Made by a program: the position numbers and the translations under genes. Below, one piece after another: positions 33,652 through 46,500 of a stretch of 64,000 bases of DNA. The stretch lies in the NCBI GenBank assembly GCA_037447605.1, contig CM074812.1, positions 682,001-746,000 of the forward strand, written 5' to 3'. Numbering within the stretch: position 1 is the first letter of the stretch; every line of letters starts with the position of its first letter. The stretch is from Zygnema circumcarinatum SAG 698-1b. Its lineage: Eukaryota > Plantae > Zygnematophyceae. Under the pieces are notes generated by a model that saw only the letters and a program-made list of their open reading frames with translations, was not told the origin of the DNA and ran no database searches.

Positions 33652-36472
33652 GGAGATGTGCTCCGTAGAGGGACATCTTTAAGCCTTCTGTTGCGCCCCT
33701 ACCATGCCCCCTCCAGATGCTTGAGGGCTTCCAGGGCTCGCCCTGTATCCGAGATACGCACCCCTCTCTATCTCTCACTTCCTCCCACCCTTTCCTGCTC
33801 TACCTCTCCCCCTCTCTCTCTCACTCCTCTCTCACTCCCTCTACCTCTCCCTCTCCCTCTCCCTCTCCCTCTCCCTCCCCCTCGCCATCTCCGAACCTGC
33901 CTCGCACGATTCGTGGTCGAGAGAGCCCGACGACGTGGAACTCGGGCAGATACAAAAATTGCGGGCAAACAACAGCGACCTGAACGGGCGCCACGAATGA
34001 ACGGGCAGCCCGAAACGTTTCACACCAGAAGCTGCCAGGCGGGCTCGCCCTGCCCGAGTTCCGACTTCTCCGGACAAGGCAATGGCGGCCAACCATTGGC
34101 TTCCACCCGCCCCTAGGCGTCGAGCGCCACGTGGTTGCTCGATCCTGATTGGCGGAGAGCCAAGACCGCACTAGCGAAATGTGGTCGTTTCGGCCGCTCC
34201 ACGACAAAACCCAGGGCGTACGACAACCGTCCGATCAGAGGCCGGATGGGATTGGGCACAGATCCGCCGTTCGATCTGATCTGCTCGTGTCGGTGGGGCC
34301 CCGGGCGGCAGCGGGGTTTTTTGTCGTTGATTTTGAGGATCGAACTATTTTGGGTGTCACCGTTAGATGTCGGCCGATATTTGAACCAATGGGAGGCGAG
34401 GGACCGCCTGCCACTGGGGGCTGTTGGGCGGCCGGGGGGGCGGAGCGGAACGGGAAATGCAACGGAGAGCATAGAACTCCTGGGGCAGGAGTACGGTTGG
34501 AGGCTGTCACGTCATGGCCGTTTGGGATCGGATCCAACCGCAGTGGAACATTGTCCAATGGGGAGTGGCCACGTATGTGAAATGTGTACGTGGCGTGAGG
34601 CTATTGGATAATGCCGCGGCTATAGTTGGCAAGAGAGATGGGGCTTTAGGAGGTGAGGCAGTTGCGGAGGGGACCAGATAGGGAGGTGGGGGGACAGATA
34701 ATGCGGGGGGGGGGTNNNNNNNNNNGGAGGGGCGGAGGGAGGGAGGGGGAGAGGGGGGAGGGAGGGAGGGAGAGGAAGCGGGAGAGGGAAGGGGGAGGGA
34801 AGTGGACGGGCAGGTGGTGAGGAAGTGGAAAGAGAGAGGGAGAGGGAGTGTGTGAGAGAGAGGAGCGAGAGAGGGAAAGTGAGTGAGAGAAACGAGGGAA
34901 GATAGAGAGAGAAAGCGAGGGGTTTGGCTGTTCAGGTTTGTGGGTTCTGTGAAGAGGATGGAGGGCCGAAAGAATTTAAAGTCACTTGTAAGATTTTTAT
35001 GGTTTTTTATTTAGGCCTTTTTTTGTAAGCACTTAGAACGTCAGGAAGGATGCCTACAAGTACTCTTTCACTTGGCGGCATAAAAAATCAACAAAGGAGC
35101 CAGTTTCACTATGCTTACGAGGGTTTATAGAAACTCATTATGTGTGTTTTAGGGTTTCATGTTCAACATATTCAAAAAGTTGAAGACCAGATTTTCAAGA
35201 TTGAATACGAACATGATAAAAACGTAGGCATTGTTGCGTTCACATTGGTCTTTGTTTCGTTCAAATTGAGGTTACATCACAATTGGAGGCAAAAAAGCAT
35301 ATTCCACACGTGTGAGGAACCTCTACATTGGAGGCTTCAAATGCCTGTCAACTATTCACTCAATTTGGACGGACTTTTGGTGTTCTTAAAGTGGAAATCC
35401 ATCGATGATCCAATCACAGCACAGCACTGCTTACGTGGCAAACATCCATTGGCTGAAGACATCCAAGATACAACGAGATTTAAAGAATCCAAATGATGAG
35501 GAAGCACACGTGTCAGCACGATGGCTGTTGCACATTAAGATTTGAACCAGAAAGCGAAAAAAGGAGACAACATCGATTACAGAATACACATCAATATAAT
35601 ACTGAGAGGTTATCCTAAAAACCCTAAAAACCCTAAATTCTGGCATCATTTCATGGAAGGTGGGCAGTCTAATGAAGCCCTCTCTAACTCACTCCCATTC
35701 GTCGCCCGCACACCCACCATCTCTCGCCTCCCTCTCAATCTCCCTCCTTTTCTTCCACCTTTCGCTTTCTCCCTGTCTCATTTTACACCTGCTCGCTCAT
35801 ACACTGCTCACCCCTCTCCCTCTGCTTCCCTAAACCCTAAAAACCCTATACTTCTGCCCTCTTCCGTAATTTCCTGTCCATTTCCGTACACTTGCACACA
35901 CCATTTGCCTCCTACCATCTCCCTCCCCTCGCCTCCACCTCCTTCCTCCGATCGCTCCGCCGTCTACTCTCTCTCGTCGTCTCCCGCAGCTCCCACACGA
36001 ACCCCCCCTCCTGCAATCCACACTCCCTTTCTACCCCACTCCCTTCCGCTCCCACTTCCTACCCCTCCCGCTTACTTCTCTCACCTCCCTCTACCTCCCT
36101 ACCTCTACCCCTTCCTCTCTCACACTCTCCTCCCCCTCTCATCTTCCACCGCCTCTCCTCTCCTCTCCCCTTCTCCCTCTCACTCACTACTCCCTCTCCC
36201 TCCCGTCTCCTCCCTCTCCCGCCCTACACTCCATCCCCTCTCTCTCCCACTCCTCCCTCGTACGGTCGTACACGGTCCTCTCCCGTCCCTCCGTCGCCCG
36301 CCCGGGCCCCGCCTGACGTCCGTACACGGCCCTTAGGGCCGTTGGCGCCGCACGGTTCGGATCCGATCTTGCCGACATAATCGGATTCAATTCTTCCAGA
36401 TTCGAATCGAGTCCATATCCAAATCAGAATCTTATGATTCGGTTCGGAGGTTACCGCGTTTTCCAGCCAATA

Positions 36473-36629
36473 GGGGGTGTCAGACTTAACAAAATCTTAC
36501 GAAAAGCGTTACGAAAAAAAAGGTTACGAAAGTACTCCGCCGCAGGAGGATCGCGATTATACTGGAGTACTCGTTCTGATGTTAAACTTACGAACACGCG
36601 TACTGAAATTTTTTAAGTCTGACACCCCC
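36473..36629. mobile_element. Small MITE, 157 bp
   Basis: Perfect 17-bp TIR GGGGGTGTCAGACTTAA...TTAAGTCTGACACCCCC flanked by TA on both sides; internal TTACGAA repeats. Confidence 0.85.
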
Positions 36630-37330
36630 TAATGGGAAGCGAAGTTTAAAGTTCGGGTTAACCGGGAGGCACCACGTGGCGATGTCACCGCTGGAATTTA
36701 TATTTAATGGTTAGAGCCGTATACTGGGGCTGGCGGGATCGCTGAGCGGTCGGTTTGTCGTTTAGCGCAGGCTCTTAAACGACCGTTGCGTCAGGGATTC
36801 GAGTGTGGCAGTGGCGCCGACTACCACCGATACGATATACCGCAGTATGGACAGATACGGTAACAAAACCAAAAGTAGAGAATTTGGCATTTGGTCTCAC
36901 GATGGCCATGCAGCCCCATGGCATGGCATGGATGGGGATGGCCGCACGTGCAATAGTTTATAAATAGGTTTTAAATGGGGTATTTTAACGAATAAAATTA
37001 TGCCTAATAAGGTTAAATTGTGCCAATAGTCGGCCCTCACCGGACTCGCCGCCAACAGTTGGCCGCGCTCACCGCGGGCCGTGACATGATATGACGTCAG
37101 CGTAAGGATTTTAAGTAATAATTTCTAAACCACCGCCGATTATTCAAAATTACTGGTTTGAAAACTAATTTAAAAGAAAATACGTCGCATCTCGCGGGCC
37201 ACGCCGCGATGCGCGGCGCCGTACGTCGGTGCACGGTCGAATCCTGCGCGCGAGGCGCGGGGTCCGATTGTCTACAAGATCTCTCCTCCCGAAAGATCCA
37301 AGGGGGGGGGATGATTAGCCAAAAAAAAAA

Positions 37331-38270
37331 GGGTAGTGATATTTCCACCCCTTTTTTGGATCCAAACACCCCTTCCCTGCCGGGCAGATTTCAAAAGGGA
37401 TTAAAAACGGAAAATGCTTTTTTCACACGTTTTTGGAATCGATACCCACCTTCTTCCGTCGGCTGATTTTATTTTTGCTAACCAAGGAAAATGATACCCC
37501 GTCACTGCATTTTGAATACTGTATCCCGCCTCCCTGAATATTTTTTGAGGGAAAGAAATATCTGCCTGCCCGAATCCGCTCGGAGCGAAAGATCCGTTCG
37601 CCACGAGATCCCGGGTGTCCGTCCTACACGTGTGTGTCAATCGCAACTGTCGATTCCCTCACAGATCGCACCACTGCAGATTACCGTTCGATCTGCAGCC
37701 GGGCTCGATCTTAGCGAATGGAAAGCGCCCACGAGTCCCGTCAAAGCCGGATCGCACGTGCGAGTGCGCGCGTCCATCGGCCCGAGATCTCGTCATTTCT
37801 AGCTCCCAGCCAATCAACAGCTGCCACGTGTTACATTTTTGACGTGGAAATTTTTGATTGGTCCAAGCTCTCAATGTACGAAATTTTGGGTTCCTCAAAG
37901 TTGCGACCGTACGACATTTGTACGGACAAACTGTCGAAGCGACTTTGGCGGGATACGTGGCTCGTGCCATTCGCTGTGACCGAGCCCGGCTGCAGATCAA
38001 ATAGTGATCTGTCGTGTTGCGATCTGCGAGGGAATCGACGGCTGTGATTGACCGCACGTGTGAAAAGAAATTCAGGTAGGCGGGATATTCAAAATGGGGT
38101 GACGGGTTATCATTTTCCTTGTTTCGCAAAAATAAAATCTGCCGATGGAGGGTGCGTATCGATTTCAAAAAGGTGTGAAAAAAGCATTTTCCGTTTTTAA
38201 TCCTTTTTGAAATCTGCCCGTCCGGGAAGGGGTGTTTGGATCCAAAAAAGGGGTGGAAATATCACTACCC
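37331..38270. mobile_element. Non-autonomous Mutator-like element with long TIRs, 940 bp
   Basis: Ends GGGTAGTGATATTTCCACCCC...GGGGTGGAAATATCACTACCC; imperfect inverted arms extend >300 bp (37331-37750 versus 37940-38270); A10 tracts on both sides are consistent with a 9-10-bp TSD. Confidence 0.88.
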
Positions 38271-38280
38271 AAAAAAAAAA

Positions 38281-39158
38281 GTACAATTTTTCCCAAAAGG
38301 GAGCGCCGATATCCAAAAGGTGGGGCCGCTGTATCATTTTCCAATAGATATAGACCTTTTTTCGTCGGGTGTACGGATAGTGATTTGAATGTACGAAGCG
38401 CGCGCGTCTACAAGGTATAAGGGCGCAACACGTGGAGCGACATTGGTCGCAGCAACATATGACGTGACAAGTATGTTTGGGACCGTGACGTGACGAAACG
38501 AGACGCGACAAAAAGTGGAGTCCGCTGACGGCAGTCGGAAATGGCGGGAATTAAAACTGACAGACTTTAAAAAACCAATTTCAGGGTTTTTGAGTGCGTC
38601 TGCCGCACCTCCATTGTACAGTTCAAAGAGTTGTTCGGAAGAGTTAACGGGCCGCAGTGCCATTGAGGCAATGGTGGAGCTGATTTCTGAATGAAGTGAA
38701 CAGGATGTTGGACATATGAAATGACAGAATTTTCTTGAAGCGTACCCCAGCCATGGTGTGGCTGGGGATTTTCTGTATATTAAAACGTCTCCTTATAGAC
38801 GTTGAAAAACCCTAAAATTGGTTTTTAAAGTTTGTCAGTTTTAATTCCCGCCATTTCCGACTGCCGTCCACGGACTCCACTTTTTGTCGCGTCTCGTTTC
38901 GTCACGTCACGGTCCCAAACATACTTGTCACGTCATATGTTGCTGCGACCAATGTCGCTCCACGTGTTGCGCCCTTATACCTTGTAGACGCGCGCGCTTC
39001 GTACATTCAAATCACTATCCGTACACCCGACGAAAAAAGGTCTGTATCTATTTCTGAAAAGTATGAAACAGCATTTTTCGCAAAAAAAATCCATGGTACA
39101 AGCTGCCCGGCAAAAAATGACTACATTCAGAAAAAGGACACTGTAAATAGCACTTCCC
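38281..39158. mobile_element. Long-TIR foldback/Mutator-like element, apparently the target of the 37331-38270 insertion
   Basis: Near-perfect ~250-bp inverted repeat 38345-38592 / 38803-39050. The right terminus ...CTGTAAATAGCACTTCCC matches the 14807 copy. Confidence 0.82.
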
Positions 39159-40402
39159 TCTAAAAAAATGCCAAAAATATCGACGTATCGGCTATCCTGG
39201 ACAGAAGCTGCCGCCCAACTGTACACTGGTACTGTGGCTGACGGCCGGCCAGAAAGTAACGGCGCCAGAGGCGACGCCGGCGACGTCCGTCTGTCACAGC
39301 CGATACGCTTATGATATTCCGATATTTTTGGAAACGACAAACATGCCGCCCTATTGCCCAAGCGCCAGCAGGATGCAGAACGTCACGTCATGGAAACGTC
39401 GTCGTGTCGGTGGCCCCTGATTGGCTGACACCTAGTGGTTCTCCACGTGGCAATATGGCGGTGTGTACGATATATCGAAGGAGGAATCGTACTGGTATCG
39501 TATTGATGGACGCTTCGAATCGGGGGCAGGTACAAGCCAACGGACGTACGTTACAGGCGTACGGCCGACGACCACTGCGCGCCGACATCTGACAGTCGTC
39601 GTTGTAGTGTTCACACTGAGCAAGCCTTTATGCTGCATTCGTCGTTGTTACTCGTTTTGAAAAAAAAAAAAAACGAGAGCTCCCAAGACAGCGATGGCAT
39701 GGACCGATGCACCACAAAATGTTGCCCAAATAATTCGGAGGAATCAAAAACGGTGCTGATAGACTAGCGGTGGCTCACTGACCAAAATTTTAAAAGGGCA
39801 CGTCAAGGCATGCCGATCTTCGACATTTCACTTCCTAATTACTTTCAAAAGACAGTGACTTTCAAAAAGGAAAGGAAGAGTGGCATTGATCTCACGATGA
39901 CGAGTAACTTTTAGCTTCGCATTTACTACATGTTTTGATTGCAAACATGTCCTGATTTTGAGCTCTACTTTTTTGAGTCAATTGCAAAATTGACACGCCC
40001 TAAAAAAAAGGAATGCGACCCAGAAAACTGAATCCTATAAAACTGAAGCATAAACTAGGATATGCTATATAAGCGTATACTAGCCTCTATTAAAAAACAA
40101 ACCCGGGGAAGTTGAAGGTAATTAAAAATTGGAGTTTTGCCTTTACACTTGCCTAAGAGAATAGCTTGGCCCGCTTTTCTTCCCTATGCAAATGAATAAA
40201 TCAAATAATTATGCAAAGTTTGACAAACGGTTTATTATAAAAAATTGGGCCAAAGGTCAATCAGCAAACAATACTCACTTCAAGAGGTTAAAAAACGTGA
40301 CCGGAAAGTAGGATAGAGTTGCCAAAAAGTGCAAAGTCATTAGGGACAAAGAAGTCTATGTACAATGAGTTGTTGTACAATACCATTAAGTCATGTTTTG
40401 TC

Positions 40403-42574
40403 TCAAAGGTGTCTCTTTGCGAGGGCCCGCACTCTCGTGTCAAACACGGAAGATGTTATTCGCGACCCCGGGATGTGGAGAGGGTTCATTAAAACCTGCC
40501 ATTTCCAAAGCCCCTCATATTTAAAAATGCACAAGTGTAACAAACCTGCCTCCAGCAAGGTTTGATCTCAAGACCACTACAACAAGACTCACTACTCGTT
40601 ATACTTGTGTTAGGTTTGAAACTTCGTCATCCGTTTTATTTTTTTTCTTCAAGCAAGGTGACATCTTAAAAAAAAATTGGTCCAGTGAGCATGTTGAAAA
40701 CCCCACTCACCTTGATGTAAAGTTCATGGACCTCTTGAAAGAAAATTCGGATTCCGTCTTCATTCCTGGAGTCGTGCAATAGCATCATCTTGGTCTGTTT
40801 GTTGCAGTCAAGGCTTTGCTCTTGAGCAAAGGTAGTTTCTACTATTGAAACAAATGCATAGATGAATGTTTTGCAAAGACAATCGCCACAAAAAAGACAA
40901 GGAGTTAATCTAAACAAGCAGCAAATTTCAAAACTCTAAAACAAATGCAGACACTCAAACTTGCCTCCTTAACCTTGTTTTAGTGGCCTAAAGGACGGCC
41001 CCCCACTCTCCCTCTCTCTCTCGCTATATCACTCTCTGTCTCTCTTTTTTGTGTGTAGGATATGTCCAGCAGTGACATAAACGGAAACCAACAAATCGTT
41101 GAACTTATCGACCACCTTCAGATACCTGTTTGCCCACGCTTCTCGTAAGAAAATAGAGAAAAGGAAGGAGGGAAAGTTGGTCCAACTTCTGAAGTGTCCT
41201 GCATTCACTATAGAAGAAAGGATTTTTCCCTGACAACAACACAAGTAAACAAAGCGATACCCAAGAAACGCACAAAAATTGACGAGAAAAGTGAAGAGCC
41301 AAAAAGTGTTGAATAACAACCTTCGTTGAAGGTGATCATAATAATATATCATAAATATCATGAAGCACGTCTGTATAGCATAAAATTACACCATTTCTAG
41401 AGTGGTTCCTTGAACACGAAAGGAAACAAGCGAAAGAGAAAAGCGACAAAGGAGGAATATACTTTTCCCGAGGGTGCTGCACGAGAGAGAGAGAGAGAGA
41501 AAGAGAGCGAGATAGAAGAGAGAGGCGAGAGAGGCGGAGAGGGGTAAACACACACATGGTGTTGGCACTCCACACTACATCCTGCACAATGTCGAGAGCT
41601 GCGTGGAGAATGAACTGATGCAGATGTGCTGCTTCATCCTTCTGCATTAACCAAAAAAGTAGGCATGCCATCAAAAGATAATGCACAGATTCACAGCTGC
41701 GAACACTCATGTCAATGTCCGAACCCTACAACATCAGTTTTTAAAGAGTTTGCAGGAAATCGTGCCGAGAATTTCAAAACCTTTCTCGTTGATACCATGC
41801 TAGCGAGTGTAAGGCCTTTTAAATTTAAGTCAGCCGAAATTCCTTCGTGAGCACTACTGACGTTGTCTGAAATTCAAGGCCTCCTGTATGCAAAATCGTC
41901 GCCTATTTTTGTACGGTTATAGAGACTTACAATACAGTAAAATATACAAAAAGCTTACAGAATTACAAGATATTTTACGTTCTGCATCAACCCTAACCTT
42001 AACCCTAACCCTAAACCTAAACCTAAACCTAAACCTAAACCTAAACCTAAACCTAAACCTAACCCTAACCCTAACCCTCTAGTACTGTGAACATCGTTGA
42101 CAGCACTTAGACTCAGATCTTACAAATTTCTGATTGAAAAGCATCCAACAGTTCATAATAGTCTTGAATTAACTCAACCACATTTTCTTGTCCTTCTATG
42201 GCGCGTCCAAAAATAGCAAAAGGGACACCATTATGTCGCCCAAAAAAAAGTACTTTAATATTAACGTGGGCTTTGGCGCAAACCCTAGTTTTGAACCTCC
42301 ATCTGGCGATAAAAGTAACCGCAAAAAACAGCCCTACAACATCTCAAAATGCAACATTTCCTGGATATCCGATATCCAAACACTCATTACATTTCCCCTT
42401 CAATGCGAACCTGGTAAAACCTGCAAAGCAAGGTAAAAAATGACAGCCTCAAGATTCTGTGTGTGTCTGAGTTTCCCCAATGTTTGAGCATACCTTTGGA
42501 GCAGTCCCCACTTCGCTCTCGTATATAGGGCTGTCGTTTCGGCCGACGATCACAAAGCACGCTGTGCTGGCCAT
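40403..42574 (-). CDS. TRAPPC2: Trafficking protein particle complex subunit 2 (sedlin/Trs20), 135 aa
   Basis: Exons 42574-42494, 41641-41556, 41125-41064, 40796-40711, 40495-40403 (408 nt): MASTACFVIVGRNDSPIYESEVG...HQFILHAALDIV...YLKVVDKFNDLLVSVYVTAG...MLLHDSRNEDGIRIFFQEVHELYIKVLMNPLH... Confidence 0.96.
40797..41063 (-). other. U12-type (minor spliceosome) AT-AC intron in TRAPPC2
   Basis: 5' site ATATCCT, branch point CCTTGAC ~12 nt from a terminal AC, no GT donor at the exon end; removal restores the frame. Confidence 0.88.
41989..42078. repeat. (AACCCT)/(AAACCT)n telomere-like hexamer array in TRAPPC2 intron 1
   Basis: About 15 hexamers, TTAGGG-type flanking TTAGGT-type units. Confidence 0.9.
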
Positions 42575-43584
42575 GGTGGCTTCCTTCTCTCTCTCCCACT
42601 CTCCTCTCTCTCCCTCTCTCTCTCGCTCTCTCTCTCTCACCGTGCCTGCCACGCGTCGCGCAGGAAATCTAGAAACTAGAAACTAAAAACTTCAAACTGG
42701 GTTGGGAAGTGCTTCGAATAGGGAAAAAATCCGATATTTCAACACTTGTACCGTATCGAGATATGTTAATACTGAGTCAAAATTGCGATACAATACGAAC
42801 AATATGGTTAAAAATATCGCGTAAAAATTCCTTTGCATCGGCCAATGAAATTCAATCTCCCTTATTTTTTTTCTGCCCGTAAAAGGTTTATCGGCACTCC
42901 AAAGACGCTGAAGAATGGCGGGAAGGAACAGTAAAAAAAAAAAACATTAAACACTATCGGTTACTAGATACGATGTTGCGATATATCGCGATACATTAAC
43001 TTGAAATATATCGATGTTGAGATATCGATACGATATGGACCTTGAAATCCGAATCCTTTGGGAGGCTTATGGTGAAAGGTGAAGCTTTGAGGGGTTTTGC
43101 TTCTTGGCAAGGAGGGGGGCTCCAGGGTTCAGGGCCTGCCAAAAAAATTCTGCTGCTCCTGCACCGCCACAATTTCTGGACATCTATTATTAAACTTCTC
43201 GTTTTCTGTTATTTTCTATTTTATTTTATTTTTGAAGTGCAGATTTCGAGCACATTGAGCCTCTTTTTATTTCTTTTTGGAACAAATAATTGCAGAAAAA
43301 GCCTGGTTTCTCTCCCCTCTACTTGGACATGAACATGTCTATTTCAAAATGATTGATTTCCTTTATCGAATCGCACCGTGTCTCTCTCCAAATTCACCTT
43401 CTGAACTTCATCAATTCTAGAACCAATCATAGTTGCGGTTCCAATTGCAGTTTCAGTTCCTTGCATCTCCCCTCCTTCCAACTCCTTCCAGCTCCTTTGA
43501 TTACATTTGGCCTTAAATCTTATTGCTGCAGCAGCAATAGTCCACTTCTCGGCTCCAGCAGTGAAGGCTCTCACTCTGTTCAGG

Positions 43585-46500
43585 ATGGTGCAGCCTCCTT
43601 CCTTAGAAAGGCAGGAGAACGGTGTAGAAGTGAATGGACGCCTCTGGGAGAAGAAGAAGGAGGAGGAGGAGGATGCCTCCCATGGCCACCATGGTGATTG
43701 TCATGATGATGCCATTCATGCCGAAACGGCAACTGAAACTGACACTGAATCTGAACAAGATGGCAGCGACGGCTATGAGAGCAGTGAGAAGGAGGCGGAG
43801 TCCGAGAGCGAGAGCAGTGCAGGGGAGGAAGGAGAGCATGCAGAAAGCGTCGCCAAGAAGAAGAAAAAAAAGAAGAAGAACAAGGTTTGTTTGAAGTTGG
43901 CGAACTCATTGTGCTTTCTCCTTCCAGTTTTTGTCTCCACCAGAGGTCAATGCACGTGTTGGATGATGCTTTTTTGGACTATTTTGAAAGGAGAGACCGG
44001 TTGCAGCAAGATTTGGAAGGAATTGGAGGAGTTGCTTGATGGAACGTTGACAAGAAGAGTGCCTTTGTTGAATGCAACAGTAATAATTTTGAATTCGATG
44101 CTAGAAGCTCCCTTCATGTTGATGTATATCTGCTTGATGATGTGATGATGTCTCAAATGGAGTGGCGACTAGTGAACTCTACAAACTCCATACTTCATGT
44201 GATCTCACTCTTAATTTTCAGAAAAATGATGAGTGATAGGTGGTACAATTCTTATGGAGATGGCTGTGTTTGTCATCCTTCGGTGTCAGAAAAAGGGAAA
44301 GAAGGATGGAGAGGTGTCTCGGCCAGTTCCTTCTGCTGACGACCGCATGCTTCCTGCTGATGTCGCGGATGCAAGGTGAGGCTGGCAGTGATGTGGCCAA
44401 TGCCGATTCTCCAAACCAGTACAGTAAGATTAAAATCAAAATCAAACTTGAATTTGAAAGGAGGAAAATGGAATGTAGACTGGAATACATCAGAAATGGG
44501 ATTGAAATAAAACTGGATTCAACTTAAAATGAAAGTGGAATGGAGATTGACATTGATTTTGTAACTTACAGTGGAATAGCTTTCACGGTATTTCAGAATA
44601 ATTGCCTGTTGCTTTTGACAGACAGAACGTGAGTTACAACAGTTAACGAACGATATGACAAGATTACGAGCCACCGTTTCACTGAATTTTGATTTATGAG
44701 CAGCAAATACTTGGGCTCGTGCTTCATAAATAGATCGGCAAAAGATAAATGAACTGAGCTCCTATATAACGGCCAATGAAGCATAATGCAGCAGCTCAAC
44801 CATTTCTCCAAATTTTGCTTTGCTGATCCGATGATGTGAACTTGGTTGAGAAGATATGCCGCAGCATTGGAGGGATTGCGTGCGAATGATGAAGCCTGCC
44901 TTTGGGTACAACTTGGAAAGTGCCGACTTGGTGATAAAAAGGCTCGCAAGGTGAGCCGGAATATATGTTTTCAAGTAAAAGTTGAGGTTCTGTTCTGAGT
45001 GACCGATGTATGCTTAGAAGGTCTAAACATGAGTTCTTTCTAAAAAGTTGGGGGCTAGGCCTCCTGATTTTGATCTATTTGTAGTGCAGCGACATGGACA
45101 AACTCAGAACTTCGCTGAGCTTTATCGAGTTTGTTGTCTGTTCAGCTTGCAGACGTTATTATGGAAAATAGGACAGTTACATCAATCGATCTCTCCGACA
45201 ACACCATTTCTGACGATGGAATACAACAGTTAACCACTGTGCTTGCATCTGGAGCTGCTCCAGACCTTATTCAACTGGATGTGAGAGGCAATCAGATCAG
45301 TGAAAAGGGCAAGATGGCACTCTTAAGCCTGCAGAAGATCAGGAAATTGGTCAAGGTACTCTGTTCAGCTTCTTTACATGTATCGTCCATTGTGCTTTTC
45401 TTTCTTGCTTTGCTTCAGCCATAGGCGTCAAGCCTAGCAGTTGGAGGGTTCCTTGTGTTAGTTAACTTCAAAGGTTAACTTCTGTATCCTCCTCGTCTCT
45501 TCTTTTCACCAGGTGGACTTCATGGAAGTGGAATCTGAGCCCAACTCTTCGAAACTTGATGTTTGGAACGAGGCCTTGCCTCAGAATGGATGGGGAGCAG
45601 ATACCAACGGATGGAGTGCACAAGTTGGTGGGCGAAATGCAGCAACAGAAAAGATGAAAATTGGGAATCCACAGGAACGGGTATGTTCATGGCATACAGA
45701 AAGCCGGCAGGCTCAAAATTTGTGGGACTTGCTGAATCTTGGTTCCGAAGAGCAGCTACATGTCTGAGAATACGCACGAATTCTGATCTGGTAGTACAGC
45801 CTGGCAGTAGTTGACATGCGTGTGCTTGTTTTATGCTATTTTGTCAGCGCTTTAGAAGAAATTTAGAGTTCTGGTATTGAATTGCTTGTAGTGCTATGCA
45901 TGTGCAGATAGATTCAGCCTTGAAAGCTATCAAAGACAGTCAACATGCGTTGAACGTTGCTGAACTTACCTCCCATATAGAGGTCGTTATGGCGGTGCTC
46001 CTGCGGGAACTGCAAGAGGAGCAGCACAAAACGTACGCAGCAACAGCAGTGGACGGTCTGCCACAGGTACAGCCTTTGCTTGTTTTGAAGGACTTGTTTT
46101 TGAGGGTGTGAGAGAGAGTTTGTTAGCAATTGGGGGATGCCCTTGCGGTTTTTGTTTACTTTTTTACTTAAAGTGTGACCTTGACATTCCGTGTTTGGCC
46201 TCTCATCGCGCCAGTTGGAGAAATAAAGCTCCATTGTTTCATATCCTACTTGGAGCATGCTACTTTGTAAGGTTGACTATTAACTTGGTTAGGGTTTAAC
46301 TAGTGCCTACGAACTTGCAAGGAAACGAGTCATGTTTCGTATGCTTTGCCACTCCGATCTTTCTTATGACGAATGTTTTTGGAGGATTGCAGGCCTTAAA
46401 GCTCGTGTCTCGAAATTTATCTAAGTTTGTAGGAATTCTTGACCTCTGCCCCCCTTCTGTGGAGTGCCAAAGAAAGCTTTTGGAAGCAGCTGTCGGGCGG

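Noticed and set aside
35140-35560. Possible transposase relic between GA and CT tracts
   Set aside because: Only vague HTC/WRL-like words, with no recognisable domain or termini by eye.
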